Below, in pieces: positions 45,989 through 55,818 of a stretch of 64,000 nucleotides of DNA. The notes under the pieces are model-generated. The model was not told the DNA's origin. It made no database searches and was given only the letters and a program-made list of their open reading frames with translations. The translations under genes were made by a program, and so were the position numbers. This DNA is from Gemmatimonadales bacterium (lineage in GTDB: Bacteria; Gemmatimonadota; Gemmatimonadetes; Gemmatimonadales; GWC2-71-9), in assembly GCA_037189525.1 (NCBI GenBank), contig JBBCJC010000002.1, positions 1,248,001 through 1,312,000 on the forward strand, given 5' to 3'. Positions within the stretch are counted from its first letter, which is position 1. The number at the start of each line of letters is the position of its first letter.

Positions 45989-47466
45989 GCGAGTCCCGCA
46001 CCAATCCGCCCGTTGCCGCCGACAACCCCGATGCGCAGCAGCCGCTGCCGTGGCTCGAGGAAATGCCGCCTCGCCAGATCGTGGCCGAGCTGGATCGTTA
46101 TATCGTGGGCCAGCAGGCCGCCAAGCGGGCCATTGCGATCGCGGTTCGGAACCGCTGGCGGCGAAGCCAGGCGCCCGAGGGAATCCGGGACGAGATCACC
46201 CCGTCGAACATCATCCTGATCGGCCCCACCGGCGTCGGAAAAACGGAGATTGCCCGCCGGCTGGCGCGGCTGGCAGGAGCGCCGTTCGTCAAGGTCGAGG
46301 CATCCAAGTTTACCGAAGTCGGCTATGTCGGCCGCGACGTCGAAACCATGGTACGGGATCTGGTCGACGCCGCCATCAACCTGGTGCGGACCGAGCGTGA
46401 AGACGAGGTCTACGATCAGGCGGAGCGTAAAGCCGACGAACGCCTGCTCGACTTGTTGCTGCCTGCCGTACCCGCTCCGCCGCCGCCCGCGGCGACCCAG
46501 CCGTCCGAGACGCCGGGGGTCTTCGTCGTGTCGCCGACCGGATCGGTCTCGAAGGAAGCCGCTGAAGAAGATGACCGGCGGACGCGCTCACGCGAAAAGC
46601 TGCGGCAGCTCCTGATCGACGGCAAACTCGATGATCGCGAAGTCGACATCGAAGTCCAGGCCCAGAATTTCCCCTCGCTCGACATGATGCCCCAACCGCC
46701 TCAGCAGATGGAAGGCACCGACGTCAACTGGGGCGAGTGGCTGCAGGAAATGCTGCCCAAGCGGAAGAAGCGGCGGACGGTGCGGATCCCGGAAGCACGC
46801 CGGATCCTGACCGACGAAGAGCTGCGCCGCATGGTCGACATGGACGACGTAATCAACGAAGCTCTCGACCGGGTCGAGAACCACGGCATCCTGTTCATCG
46901 ACGAGATCGACAAGATCGCGGGCGAGCGCTCACGCGCCGGCGGGCCGGATATCTCACGCGAAGGGGTTCAGCGGGATCTGCTCCCGATCGTCGAAGGTTC
47001 GACGGTCCAGACGCGATACGGGTACGTGCGCACCGATCACGTGCTGTTCATTGCGGCCGGCGCGTTCCATGTATCCAAGCCGTCGGATCTGATTCCCGAA
47101 CTGCAGGGACGCTTCCCGATTCGCGTCGAGCTTACCTCGCTGGCCGAGGAAGATTTCATCCGGATCATGAAGGAGCCGGAGAATGCGCTGACCAAGCAGT
47201 ATCAGGCGCTGGTCGCGTCCGAGGGCGCCACGCTCGAATTTACCGATGACGGTATTGCGGAGATTGCCCGGATTGCGGGGCTGGCTAACGAGCGGATGGA
47301 AAACATCGGGGCTCGGCGGCTGCACACGGTGATGTCCACGCTGATGGACGAAGTGCTCTTCGAGTTGCCGGACTACGCCAGTCCGATCGTGATGACGGCG
47401 GAGAAAGTCAAAGAGCGCCTCGCCAAAGTCGTGGGCGACGATGATTTGCGGCGCTATATCCTGTAG
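45985..47466 (+). CDS. hslU: ATP-dependent protease ATPase HslU
   Basis: [38 protein letters not shown], terminal RYIL. Confidence 0.97.
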   Translation: MSESRTNPPVAADNPDAQQPLPWLEEMPPRQIVAELDRYIVGQQAAKRAIAIAVRNRWRRSQAPEGIRDEITPSNIILIGPTGVGKTEIARRLARLAGAPFVKVEASKFTEVGYVGRDVETMVRDLVDAAINLVRTEREDEVYDQAERKADERLLDLLLPAVPAPPPPAATQPSETPGVFVVSPTGSVSKEAAEEDDRRTRSREKLRQLLIDGKLDDREVDIEVQAQNFPSLDMMPQPPQQMEGTDVNWGEWLQEMLPKRKKRRTVRIPEARRILTDEELRRMVDMDDVINEALDRVENHGILFIDEIDKIAGERSRAGGPDISREGVQRDLLPIVEGSTVQTRYGYVRTDHVLFIAAGAFHVSKPSDLIPELQGRFPIRVELTSLAEEDFIRIMKEPENALTKQYQALVASEGATLEFTDDGIAEIARIAGLANERMENIGARRLHTVMSTLMDEVLFELPDYASPIVMTAEKVKERLAKVVGDDDLRRYIL

Positions 47467-47481
47467 AGAGTTTGTCCGCGC

Positions 47482-47898
47482 CTAACGTTTGGTGCGGACG
47501 TTGAGCAGATAGGACACGAGCGCCAGCCCGATGGTGATGTGGATGATCCGGATCCACCAGAGCGGGATGTAGTAGGCGCCGATGGCAAAGCCGACCACGA
47601 TCGCGCTGATGGCGATCACTTTGGTCCGGACCGTCATGGCCCGGTTGGCTTCCCAGTCGAGCAGGATGGGACCGAAGGTCCGGTGGCTCATCAACTTGCG
47701 GTGGAGCTTGGTGGAGCCCTTGCCGTAGCACGAGGCGGCCAGGATCAGGAAAATGGTGGTCGGCATGACCGGAAGGAACGCGCCGATGACGCCCAGGGCC
47801 ACAAACGTATGTCCTGCCATGACATACGCCCACCGGCGGCTCTGGCTGGTGGCCAGGGTTTTGTCTTCGGCCAGGTCGCCGGGGCCTGTTCCGTTCAC
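47482..47898 (-). CDS. YbaN/DUF454 membrane protein
   Basis: LGVIGAFLPVMPTTIFLILAA, H..FGP.L.DW; start uncertain. Confidence 0.88.
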   Translation of the reverse strand: MNGTGPGDLAEDKTLATSQSRRWAYVMAGHTFVALGVIGAFLPVMPTTIFLILAASCYGKGSTKLHRKLMSHRTFGPILLDWEANRAMTVRTKVIAISAIVVGFAIGAYYIPLWWIRIIHITIGLALVSYLLNVRTKR

Positions 47899-47992
47899 GT
47901 AACCGCTCCACTCTCGACGCAATCAGCAGTATAATCGAAGGTTGTTCGCCCGGCACGGGTTGTTCATTCGCTTTCTACCCCAGGATATCCGC

Positions 47993-49429
47993 ATGCGTCT
48001 CGTTCCCTCCCTGTTCATTGCCGGCGCCGTGGGCCTGGCCGGCACGACCGCCGTTGCCGCTCAACGGCCGGCGCAGTTCGGTCCCGGCGCGCGCCAATTC
48101 ATTTCGGTCGACGTTCCGGCGGTCGCCTTCACCAACGTCCGGGTCATCGACGGTCTTGGTGGCGCCGCGCGCGACAATCAGACCGTGGTCGTGACGGGAG
48201 GGAAGATCACGGCCATCGGTGCCGCCGGGTCGGTTTCGGTGCCGGCAGGGGCGCGGACCTTCGACGGCAACGGGAAGACTCTGATGCCGGGCATGGTAGG
48301 GCTCCATGACCACAGCTATTACACCACCGCGGCCGGTCGGGCGGTCCAGTCGAACTTTTCCGCACCGCTCCTCTACCTCGCGAGCGGTGTGACGACGATC
48401 CGGACCACCGGCGCCAACAATCCCTACGGCGAACTCAACCTCAAGCGGTCGATCGAGTCGGGCAGCTTCCCGGGGCCGCGTCTCTTCATCACCGGTCCGT
48501 ACCTGACCGGCCAGCGGCTCGGCCTGGGCAGCACGATGATCGCGCTCAACAATGAGGACGAGGCGCGGCGCGTGGTGGCCTACTGGGCGCAGGAGGGCGT
48601 CAGCTGGCTCAAGTTCTACACGGGTGTGAGCCGGGCCGCCATGAAGGCCGCCATCGATGAAGGCCACAAGCATGGCATCAAGTTCACGGGCCACCTCTGC
48701 TCGGTGCCGTACCAGGAGGCCGTGGCACTCGGTATCGACGCGCTCGAGCACGGGTTGTTTGCCAATTCGGACTACGACAAGACCCGGAAGGCCGACGAGT
48801 GCTCGCCGAACCTCAACCAGAGCTTCATCGGACTCGACGTCAACAGCCCCGAGGTCAAGAAAACGTTCCAGACCCTGATCGACCGGCAGGTGCCGATGAC
48901 GTCGACGCTCGTGGTCTACGAGCTGTTCGTGCCGAATCGTCCGCCGCTCGAACAGCGGACCCTCGACGCCATGTCGGCCGATGCGCGTACCGAGTATCTC
49001 ACCTCGCGGGCGCGGATTGCCGAAACCAACGGCGGTATTCCGCTCGAAGTGTTCAAGACGGGGATGAAGTACGAGTATGCCTTTGCCAAGGCGGGTGGTC
49101 TGCTCGGCTCGGGCGTCGACCCGACCGGTAACGGCGGCGCCCTGTTTGGCTATGGCAACCAGCGCAATGTCGAGCTCCTGGTCGAAGCGGGCTTTACCCC
49201 GGTCGAGGCGATTCAGATCGCCACCTCCAACGGGGCCAAGGCACTCGGGATCTTCAAGGAGACCGGCTCGATCGAGGTCGGCAAGAACGCCGATCTGGTG
49301 CTCGTCACGGGCAACCCGGCTCAGAAGGTCTCGGACATCAAGAACGTCGAGATCGTCTTCCGGGACGGGGTAGGCTACGATGTGCCCAAGATGATCGAGG
49401 CGGTCCGCGGCCAGGTCGGCGTCCGGTAA
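47993..49429 (+). CDS. Secreted amidohydrolase-family protein
   Basis: Signal peptide, NVRVIDG, LMPGMVGLHDH, GVTTIRT, GSIEVGKNADLV. Confidence 0.9.
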   Translation: MRLVPSLFIAGAVGLAGTTAVAAQRPAQFGPGARQFISVDVPAVAFTNVRVIDGLGGAARDNQTVVVTGGKITAIGAAGSVSVPAGARTFDGNGKTLMPGMVGLHDHSYYTTAAGRAVQSNFSAPLLYLASGVTTIRTTGANNPYGELNLKRSIESGSFPGPRLFITGPYLTGQRLGLGSTMIALNNEDEARRVVAYWAQEGVSWLKFYTGVSRAAMKAAIDEGHKHGIKFTGHLCSVPYQEAVALGIDALEHGLFANSDYDKTRKADECSPNLNQSFIGLDVNSPEVKKTFQTLIDRQVPMTSTLVVYELFVPNRPPLEQRTLDAMSADARTEYLTSRARIAETNGGIPLEVFKTGMKYEYAFAKAGGLLGSGVDPTGNGGALFGYGNQRNVELLVEAGFTPVEAIQIATSNGAKALGIFKETGSIEVGKNADLVLVTGNPAQKVSDIKNVEIVFRDGVGYDVPKMIEAVRGQVGVR

Positions 49430-49456
49430 CGAGCGTTCGTCTCGGATGCAGATAAT

Positions 49457-49495
49457 ACAGGCGCCCGGTATCCCTGAGGGGAATCGGGCGCCTGT
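49457..49495 (+). terminator. Hairpin after the amidohydrolase gene
   Basis: ACAGGCGCCCGGTATCCC-TGA-GGGGAATCGGGCGCCTGT. Confidence 0.55.
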
Positions 49496-49682
49496 GCTTC
49501 GAGTCCGGTCGGCGAATCCCTGTGAGGTGAGACGATCCGCGCCCTCCGGTATGGCCTGAAACCGAGCGCCACCCCGGATCGTACCGTTGTCCGGTCACCC
49601 CGATACGCAGTCCCCGGCGGTCCATCGCCAGCGAGCCGATGAGAGCAGGCTCGTTTTCCTCGTCCGTTCTCGGAGCGTTCTC

Positions 49683-52600
49683 ATGAAACGTTGGGCCGTT
49701 TTTCTCGGTCTCGTTGTGGCCGCCTGGCTGGTGCCGGCGCGTCTTGCGGCGCAGACCCTCCTGCTTCGCCAGCCGACCGTGAGCGAGCGTCACATCGCGT
49801 TCGCTTACGCCAACAATATCTGGATCGTCGATCGTGCCGGCGGTGATGCGCGGCGACTGACCAGCTTCCAGGGCGCGACCTCGAATCCGCACCTGTCACC
49901 CGACGGCAAACTGGTGGCGTTCACGGGCCAGTACGGCGGCAATCTCGACGTCTACGTCGTGCCGGTCGAAGGCGGCGAGCCGACTCGGCTCACCTGGCAT
50001 CCGATGCCTGACCAGGTGACGGGGTGGAGCCCCGACGGGCGGCGTGTCGTCTTTGCCTCGGGACGGAGTTCGGGGCCGGCCGGCATTTCCAAGTTCTGGA
50101 CCGTGGCGGTCGGCGGTGGTGCGGAGGAAGCGCTGGCCATTCCGCGCGGGTCGGAGGGCAGCTACAGCGCCGATGGTAAGCACTTCGCCTATGTGATGCC
50201 GAATTTCTGGGATCCCGAATGGCGCAACTACCGCGGCGGTCAGACTCGGCCGATCTGGATCTTCGACATGGCCAGCCATGACGTGGTCACGCCGCCCTGG
50301 ACCGATAGCCGCGACGTCAGTCCGGTGTGGGTCGGTGACAAGGTCTTCTTCCTGTCCGACCGCGACTGGGGCATGAACGTCTGGTCCTACGACATGCGCA
50401 GCAAGCAACTGGCGCAGGTCACCAAGTTGTCCGAGTACGACATCAAGACGATGAGCGCCGGGGGCGGCGCGATCGTCTTCGAGTACGGCGGCCGCATCCA
50501 TCTGCTCGATCCGGCCACCGGTCGCCACCAGCCCGTGCCGATCACGGTGCGCGGCGACTTCCCCTGGCTCACTCCGCAGTGGAAACCGGTCCAGAATCTG
50601 ATCTTCAACGCCGCCGTGTCCCCCACCGGCAAGCGGGTCGTCTTCGAAGCGCGGGGCGACATCTTCACGGTACCTGCGGAGAAGGGCGACTGGCGGAACC
50701 TGACCACGACCCCGGGCGTGGCCGATCGCAATCCGGCGTGGTCGCCCGATGGGCGTTGGATCTCGTACTTCAGCGACAAGAGCGGCGAGTATCGTCTGAT
50801 CATTGCGCAGGCCGACGGTACCGCGCCGCCGCGTGAGATCACGCTCCCCAAGCCGACCTTCTACTTCACGCCGGCCTGGTCGCCGGATTCGAAGAAGATC
50901 CTGTTTACCGATACAGGGCTCAACCTCTGGATCGTCGACGTCGCCACGGGCAAGGCCATCGAGGCCGATCGCGACCCGTACATGGTGCCGCAGCGGTCGA
51001 TGAATCCGGTCTGGAGTCCCGATTCGCGCTGGATCGCCTACGCCAAGCGGCTCGATTCGCAGCTGCACGCCATTTACATCTACGAAGTTGCCACCGGCAC
51101 GGTGCGGCAGGTGACGGACGGCATGGCCGATGCGGTCTGGCCAGCCTGGGACGCGTCGGGCAAATATCTCTACTTCCTGGGCTCGACCAACTTCGGTCTC
51201 AACACCGGCTGGCTCGAGATGCAGTCGTACGAACGGCCGGTGACGTGGTCGATCTACCTCGCCGTGCTCAGCAAGGGTGAGGCGTCGCCGCTGCTGCCCG
51301 AGAGCGACGAAGAGACCGTGGTCGACACCACCAAGGCCAAGCCGCCCGCAGCGGCCGGGGCGGTCACGGTCAACATCGACTTCGACGGTCTGGCCGGGCG
51401 GACCGTTGCGCTCGATCTGCCGGCCCGGGGCTACCACACGCTCCGTGCGGGCCCGGCGGGAACGATCTTCTTCCTCGAGCCGCTACCCGTGACCGGTGCC
51501 GCGGCGGGACCGCCTCCGGGCAACGCGCTGCATCGCTATCAGCTGCGCGAGCGTAAAGCCACCCCGTTCGTCTCCGGTGCGCAGACCTTCCAGCTCTCGG
51601 CCGACGGCAAGAAACTGCTCTACCGCACCCCGGGTCAGGCGGGCGGATGGTTCCTGGTCGACGCCGACAAGGCGCCACCGCCGGCCAATACCGGGCGACT
51701 CAACACCGCCGGGATGCGGATGCTGGTCGACGCCAAGGCTGAGTTCAAGCAGATGTTCGACGAGGGATGGCGGTTCCAGCGGGACTTCCTCTACGTGCCC
51801 AATCTGCATGGCGCGGACTACGTCAAGACCAAGGCGCTCTACGCGCCGCTGGCTGAGCATGTCCGGCATCGCGCCGATCTGGTCTATCTCCAGGACGTCC
51901 TGGGCGGTGAGGTCGCGGTCGGCCATTCGTTCGTGTCGCCCGGCGATTTGCCGGAAGTGCCGAATGCCAACACCGGTTTGCTTGGTGCGGACTTCGAGAT
52001 CGCCGGGGGGCGCTATCGGATCGCCAAGATCCTGACCGGCGAAAGCTGGAACGCCGGCCTCCGGTCGCCGCTTCATGCGCCGGGCCTCGATGTCCGGGTC
52101 GGCGACTACATCCTGTCCGTCAATGGTGCCGAGCTGGCGGCTGGTGACAACCTGTTCCGCCTGCTCGAAGGCACCGCCAATCGCCAGACCACGCTCCTCG
52201 TCAACGATCGACCGGTTGCGGACGGCGCTCGGCGGGTGGTCGTCGTCCCGGTGGGGAACGAGGTCGGCTTGCGGCAGTTCGACTGGGTCGAAGCCAATCG
52301 TCGCCGGGTCGATGAGCTGTCGCAGGGCAAGCTGGCCTATGTCTATCTCCCGAACACGGGTGGTGGCGGCTACACCTTCTTCAACCGCTACTTCTTTGCC
52401 CAGCAGCACAAGCAGGGCGTCGTCATTGACGAGCGCTTCAACGGCGGTGGCTCCGCAGCGGACTACATCGTCGACCTGCTGGCGCGCGATTACCACGGCT
52501 ACTTCAACAACCCCGTGGGCGACCGGCGCGTCTTTACGACGCCCCAGGTGGGCATCTGGGGGCCCAAGGTCATGCTGATCAACGAGAGCGCCGGCTCCGG

Positions 52601-52952
52601 CGGCGACCTCTTGCCCTACATGTTCCGCCGGATGAAGATCGGGCCTTTGATCGGCACCAAGACCTGGGGTGGCCTGGTCGGAATCTGGGATTCGCCGCCT
52701 CTGATCGACGGTGGCAACATGCTGGCGCCGCGCGGCGGCTTCTTCGACCGGGATGGTAAGTGGGCGGTCGAGAACGAGGGCGTTGCGCCGGATATCGAGG
52801 TCGAGATGACGCCCAAGGACGTGATTGCCGGGCGGGATCCGCAGCTCGAGCGCGCTGTGGGTGAGGCGCTGCGCATGCTTCGGGAAAACCCGGTGGTACA
52901 CAAGAAGGAACCGCCGCCGCCGGTCCGTTCTCGGCGCCCGGGCAGCCGTTGA
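49683..52952 (+). CDS. Tricorn-like S41 protease (PD40 propellers, PDZ)
   Basis: Repeated WSPDG, YVYLPNT, IDERFNGGG, INESAGSGGD (catalytic Ser), TWGG, ENEGVAPD, DPQLERA. Confidence 0.94.
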   Translation: MKRWAVFLGLVVAAWLVPARLAAQTLLLRQPTVSERHIAFAYANNIWIVDRAGGDARRLTSFQGATSNPHLSPDGKLVAFTGQYGGNLDVYVVPVEGGEPTRLTWHPMPDQVTGWSPDGRRVVFASGRSSGPAGISKFWTVAVGGGAEEALAIPRGSEGSYSADGKHFAYVMPNFWDPEWRNYRGGQTRPIWIFDMASHDVVTPPWTDSRDVSPVWVGDKVFFLSDRDWGMNVWSYDMRSKQLAQVTKLSEYDIKTMSAGGGAIVFEYGGRIHLLDPATGRHQPVPITVRGDFPWLTPQWKPVQNLIFNAAVSPTGKRVVFEARGDIFTVPAEKGDWRNLTTTPGVADRNPAWSPDGRWISYFSDKSGEYRLIIAQADGTAPPREITLPKPTFYFTPAWSPDSKKILFTDTGLNLWIVDVATGKAIEADRDPYMVPQRSMNPVWSPDSRWIAYAKRLDSQLHAIYIYEVATGTVRQVTDGMADAVWPAWDASGKYLYFLGSTNFGLNTGWLEMQSYERPVTWSIYLAVLSKGEASPLLPESDEETVVDTTKAKPPAAAGAVTVNIDFDGLAGRTVALDLPARGYHTLRAGPAGTIFFLEPLPVTGAAAGPPPGNALHRYQLRERKATPFVSGAQTFQLSADGKKLLYRTPGQAGGWFLVDADKAPPPANTGRLNTAGMRMLVDAKAEFKQMFDEGWRFQRDFLYVPNLHGADYVKTKALYAPLAEHVRHRADLVYLQDVLGGEVAVGHSFVSPGDLPEVPNANTGLLGADFEIAGGRYRIAKILTGESWNAGLRSPLHAPGLDVRVGDYILSVNGAELAAGDNLFRLLEGTANRQTTLLVNDRPVADGARRVVVVPVGNEVGLRQFDWVEANRRRVDELSQGKLAYVYLPNTGGGGYTFFNRYFFAQQHKQGVVIDERFNGGGSAADYIVDLLARDYHGYFNNPVGDRRVFTTPQVGIWGPKVMLINESAGSGGDLLPYMFRRMKIGPLIGTKTWGGLVGIWDSPPLIDGGNMLAPRGGFFDRDGKWAVENEGVAPDIEVEMTPKDVIAGRDPQLERAVGEALRMLRENPVVHKKEPPPPVRSRRPGSR

Positions 52953-53028
52953 CCTGCTTCGGATAGTTCGACAGGGCTCAGGGGCAGTCGTTAAACCTGC
53001 TCCGGATACGTTCGACGGCCCCGTCAGG
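52940..53028 (+). repeat. Imperfect tandem duplication of the tricorn 3' end
   Basis: GGGCAGCCGTTGACCTGCTTCGGATAGTTCGAC versus GGGCAGTCGTTAAACCTGCTCCGGATACGTTCGAC, starting at 52940 and 52982. Confidence 0.7.
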
Positions 53029-53085
53029 AGTCTCTCCTGGCGGGGCCGATCGATTTTCGGCTATGAACTTGCCATTCAAGTAGAG

Positions 53086-53112
53086 TTGACTATAGTCAAT
53101 TACTATGGTCAA
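53086..53112. promoter_or_regulatory. TA autoregulatory operator
   Basis: Perfect dyad TTGACTATAGTCAA (53086-53099) plus a degenerate copy TTACTATGGTCAA over the antitoxin ATG. Confidence 0.8.
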
Positions 53113-53359
53113 TACTCCAGATTCAATCTCCATTTCCGAATTCAAAGCAACCTGCCTCGCGGTGCTGGAGCGGGTACGCCGGACGGGGCGTCCGTTGCTC
53201 ATCACCCGCCATGGCGAGCCCATCGCAGAGGTCTATCCCCCATCCCGGGCGGCAGAGAAACGGGGCTGGCTGGGTGCGATGCAGGGCAGTGCCGTCATCA
53301 CCGGAGATCTGGTCGCACCGGCCGGCGAGCCCGGTGAATGGGAGGCGTTGGGCGAATGA
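53105..53359 (+). CDS. Phd/YefM antitoxin
   Basis: ISISEFKATCLAVLERV, LITRHGEPIAEV. Confidence 0.92.
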   Translation: MVNTPDSISISEFKATCLAVLERVRRTGRPLLITRHGEPIAEVYPPSRAAEKRGWLGAMQGSAVITGDLVAPAGEPGEWEALGE

Positions 53360-53751
53360 ACCTCCTGCTCGACACCCATATCTGGATCTGGAGTCAGCTC
53401 GCCCCGGATCGTCTGACCGCTCCGGTCCGGGAGGCCCTCGATCGGCCGGACCATGAACTATGGCTGTCACCCATTTCGATCTGGGAATCGCTGGTCCTGG
53501 TCGAGCGGGGGAGGCTCCAGGTTAGCGGCGATCCCAAGGTGTGGATCAATCAGATGCTCAAGGCCTCGCCGATTCGGGAGGCACCGCTGACCTTCGAAGT
53601 GGCCATCGAAAGCCGCCGAATCGACCTCCCGCATCAGGACCCCGCCGACCGGTTCCTGGCGGCCACCGCGCAGGTTCAGGCGCTCACCCTGGTGACGGCC
53701 GATGAGCGCCTCCTCGCCGGGCGTGGCTATCACGTCCTTCCAAACCGTTAG
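53356..53751 (+). CDS. vapC: VapC PIN-domain toxin
   Basis: LLLDTHIWIW, SPISIWE, HQDPADR, LVTAD; ATGA overlap. Confidence 0.93.
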   Translation: MNLLLDTHIWIWSQLAPDRLTAPVREALDRPDHELWLSPISIWESLVLVERGRLQVSGDPKVWINQMLKASPIREAPLTFEVAIESRRIDLPHQDPADRFLAATAQVQALTLVTADERLLAGRGYHVLPNR

Positions 53752-53815
53752 TTCCTTCCGCGTCGCCGACTCGTCGTGTTATCTGGGGGTGGGTTTGACG
53801 AAACCATCCTGACGA

Positions 53816-53875
53816 TATGTCGTACGACATACCACAAGGTTCACTGTTGACCGAATAAATGCCGAATCGTATCAT
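53816..53875 (+). promoter_or_regulatory. Operator palindrome and sigma70 promoter of the exporter operon
   Basis: TATGTCGTACGACATA (53816-53831); TTGACC-17 bp-TATCAT (53847-53875). Confidence 0.7.
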
Positions 53876-53894
53876 CTAAGCCCCCAAGGGAGCC

Positions 53895-55115
53895 ATGATG
53901 ACGAGTCCGAAGCCCGATTTGAGTCGCCTCAAGATCGACCGTACCCAGCTGCCGCCTGACGATGGTCGGAAGCGCTGGTGGATTGTCGCGATCGTGCTGA
54001 TCGCGCTCTTGGCCGCGGTGTATTTCTTCTTCCGCGGTTCGTCCGCCGTCCAGGTACAGGTCGTTCGCGCCGAGGTGGTGGGCGGGGGAGGCAATGCGGC
54101 CGGGATCACCGCCAACGGGTATGTCGTAGCGCGGACACGGGCGTCGGTTTCGTCCCGAATTTCCGGCCGGCTGGCATCGCTTGGTGTGGAGGAGGGCTCC
54201 CGGGTCCGTCGCGGCCAGATCCTGGCTCGGCTCGAGAACGCCGACTACGAAGCTGCCGTGGCGCAGGCGGCGGCCGATAGCCTGCGGGCGGTTGCCGCAT
54301 TGGAGGAAGCTCAGGTCGCCCGAGATCAGATCGGTCGCGATCTGGCGCGCGCCAAGGAACTGCTGGCCCGGAACCTCGAATCCGCCAGCGCCATCGAGAA
54401 TCTCACTGCGCAACTCGACGGCGCCTCGGCGCGCGTCGGTGTGCAGCAGGCGCAGATCCGTGCTGCGCAGGCAGCGCTGGCCTTTGCCAGGGCCAATCTC
54501 GACAACACTTACATCCGCGCCCCGTTCGACGGCACGGTGCTGCGCAAGGACGCCGAAGTCGGCGAAGTCGTGGCGCCGGTTGCGACCGGAGGCGGCCTGA
54601 CACGCGGGGCCGTGGTGACCATGGCCGATCTCGGAACCCTGGAAGTCGAAGTCGACGTCAACGAGGCGTACATCGCTCAGATCAAGGACGAGCAGCCGGC
54701 CCGCATCACCCTCGATGCCTATCCGTCGGTGAATTTTGCGGGGCGGGTCAGGCAGATCGTGCCGACGGCCGACCGGCAGCGCGCCACGGTGCAGGTCAAG
54801 GTCGCCATTACCGATCACGATCCCCGCATTCTTCCGGAGATGGGCGCGCGGGTCGAGTTCTTCGATTCGACCGCAACCGATGCGGGCGCGCCGAGCCGAG
54901 TCTTCGTACCTGCCGACGCGGTGCGCAGCGATGGGCCGGACACCATCGTCTGGGTCGTCAGGGATGGCGTGGTGCGACGGACCGTGGTGCAGGCCGGGCC
55001 CGTGTCGGGCGGGCGACGTGAAATCCGGAGCGGGCTCTCCGGTGGAGAGAGCCTGGTCAACAAACCACCCGCAGGTCTCGAAGAGGGAGGTCGAGTCGAT
55101 GTCGTCACCCCATAG
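53895..55115 (+). CDS. Periplasmic adaptor (MacA/HlyD family)
   Basis: TM anchor, ANGYVVA, lipoyl halves (VEEGSRV..GQILA, IRAPFDG), alpha hairpin, PTADRQRATV. Confidence 0.92.
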   Translation: MMTSPKPDLSRLKIDRTQLPPDDGRKRWWIVAIVLIALLAAVYFFFRGSSAVQVQVVRAEVVGGGGNAAGITANGYVVARTRASVSSRISGRLASLGVEEGSRVRRGQILARLENADYEAAVAQAAADSLRAVAALEEAQVARDQIGRDLARAKELLARNLESASAIENLTAQLDGASARVGVQQAQIRAAQAALAFARANLDNTYIRAPFDGTVLRKDAEVGEVVAPVATGGGLTRGAVVTMADLGTLEVEVDVNEAYIAQIKDEQPARITLDAYPSVNFAGRVRQIVPTADRQRATVQVKVAITDHDPRILPEMGARVEFFDSTATDAGAPSRVFVPADAVRSDGPDTIVWVVRDGVVRRTVVQAGPVSGGRREIRSGLSGGESLVNKPPAGLEEGGRVDVVTP

Positions 55116-55818
55116 TGCGCCGGTCGATCCTACGCAGGCGAACGGACGGGTCCTGGTCGAGATCCGCGACCTGGCCAAATCGTACCGGCGGGGCAGTGAG
55201 GCCATTCGGGTTTTCCAGGACGTCAACCTCGAGATCCGCGAGGGTGAGTTCCTGGCGCTGATGGGGCCTTCGGGCAGCGGTAAATCGACCCTGCTCAATA
55301 TCCTGGCCGGACTCGACACGCCCACCAGCGGCAGCGTCATGGTCGATGGGCAGGACATCACGCGGATGAACGCGCGCCAGCTCGCGGCATGGCGAGCCAC
55401 CCATGTCGGTTTCATCTTTCAGTTCTACAACCTGCTTCCGGTCCTGACGGCGGCGCAGAACGTCGAGTTGCCACTCCTGCTCACTAACCTGCCGAAGAAG
55501 CAGCGTCACGAGCATGTCATGACCGCGCTGTCCGTGGTAGGTCTTACCGATCGCGCCGAGCATTTTCCTCGGCAGCTTTCGGGCGGGCAACAGCAGCGGG
55601 TCGGCATTGCGCGCGCCATCGTGAGCGACCCCACCATCATCCTGGGCGACGAGCCGACCGGTGACCTCGATGCCGCGTCCGGCAACGAGATCCTGGCGCT
55701 CCTGGAGCGGCTCTCGGGTGAGTATGGCAAAACCATTTTGATGGTGACGCACGATGCGCATGCCGCGAGCCGGGCGCAGGCCACCATGCACATGGACAAG
55801 GGGGTGCTGTCGCGATGA
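55099..55818 (+). CDS. ABC ATPase (LolD/MacB type)
   Basis: GPSGSGKST, GFIFQFYNL, LSGGQQQRV, DEPTGDLD, MVTHD. Confidence 0.94.
   Translation: MSSPHSAPVDPTQANGRVLVEIRDLAKSYRRGSEAIRVFQDVNLEIREGEFLALMGPSGSGKSTLLNILAGLDTPTSGSVMVDGQDITRMNARQLAAWRATHVGFIFQFYNLLPVLTAAQNVELPLLLTNLPKKQRHEHVMTALSVVGLTDRAEHFPRQLSGGQQQRVGIARAIVSDPTIILGDEPTGDLDAASGNEILALLERLSGEYGKTILMVTHDAHAASRAQATMHMDKGVLSR

Noticed and set aside
49430..49682. Structured ncRNA or riboswitch between the amidohydrolase and tricorn genes
   Set aside because: One hairpin and a possible short outer stem are visible, but no family motif was recognised; it would need an Rfam search.
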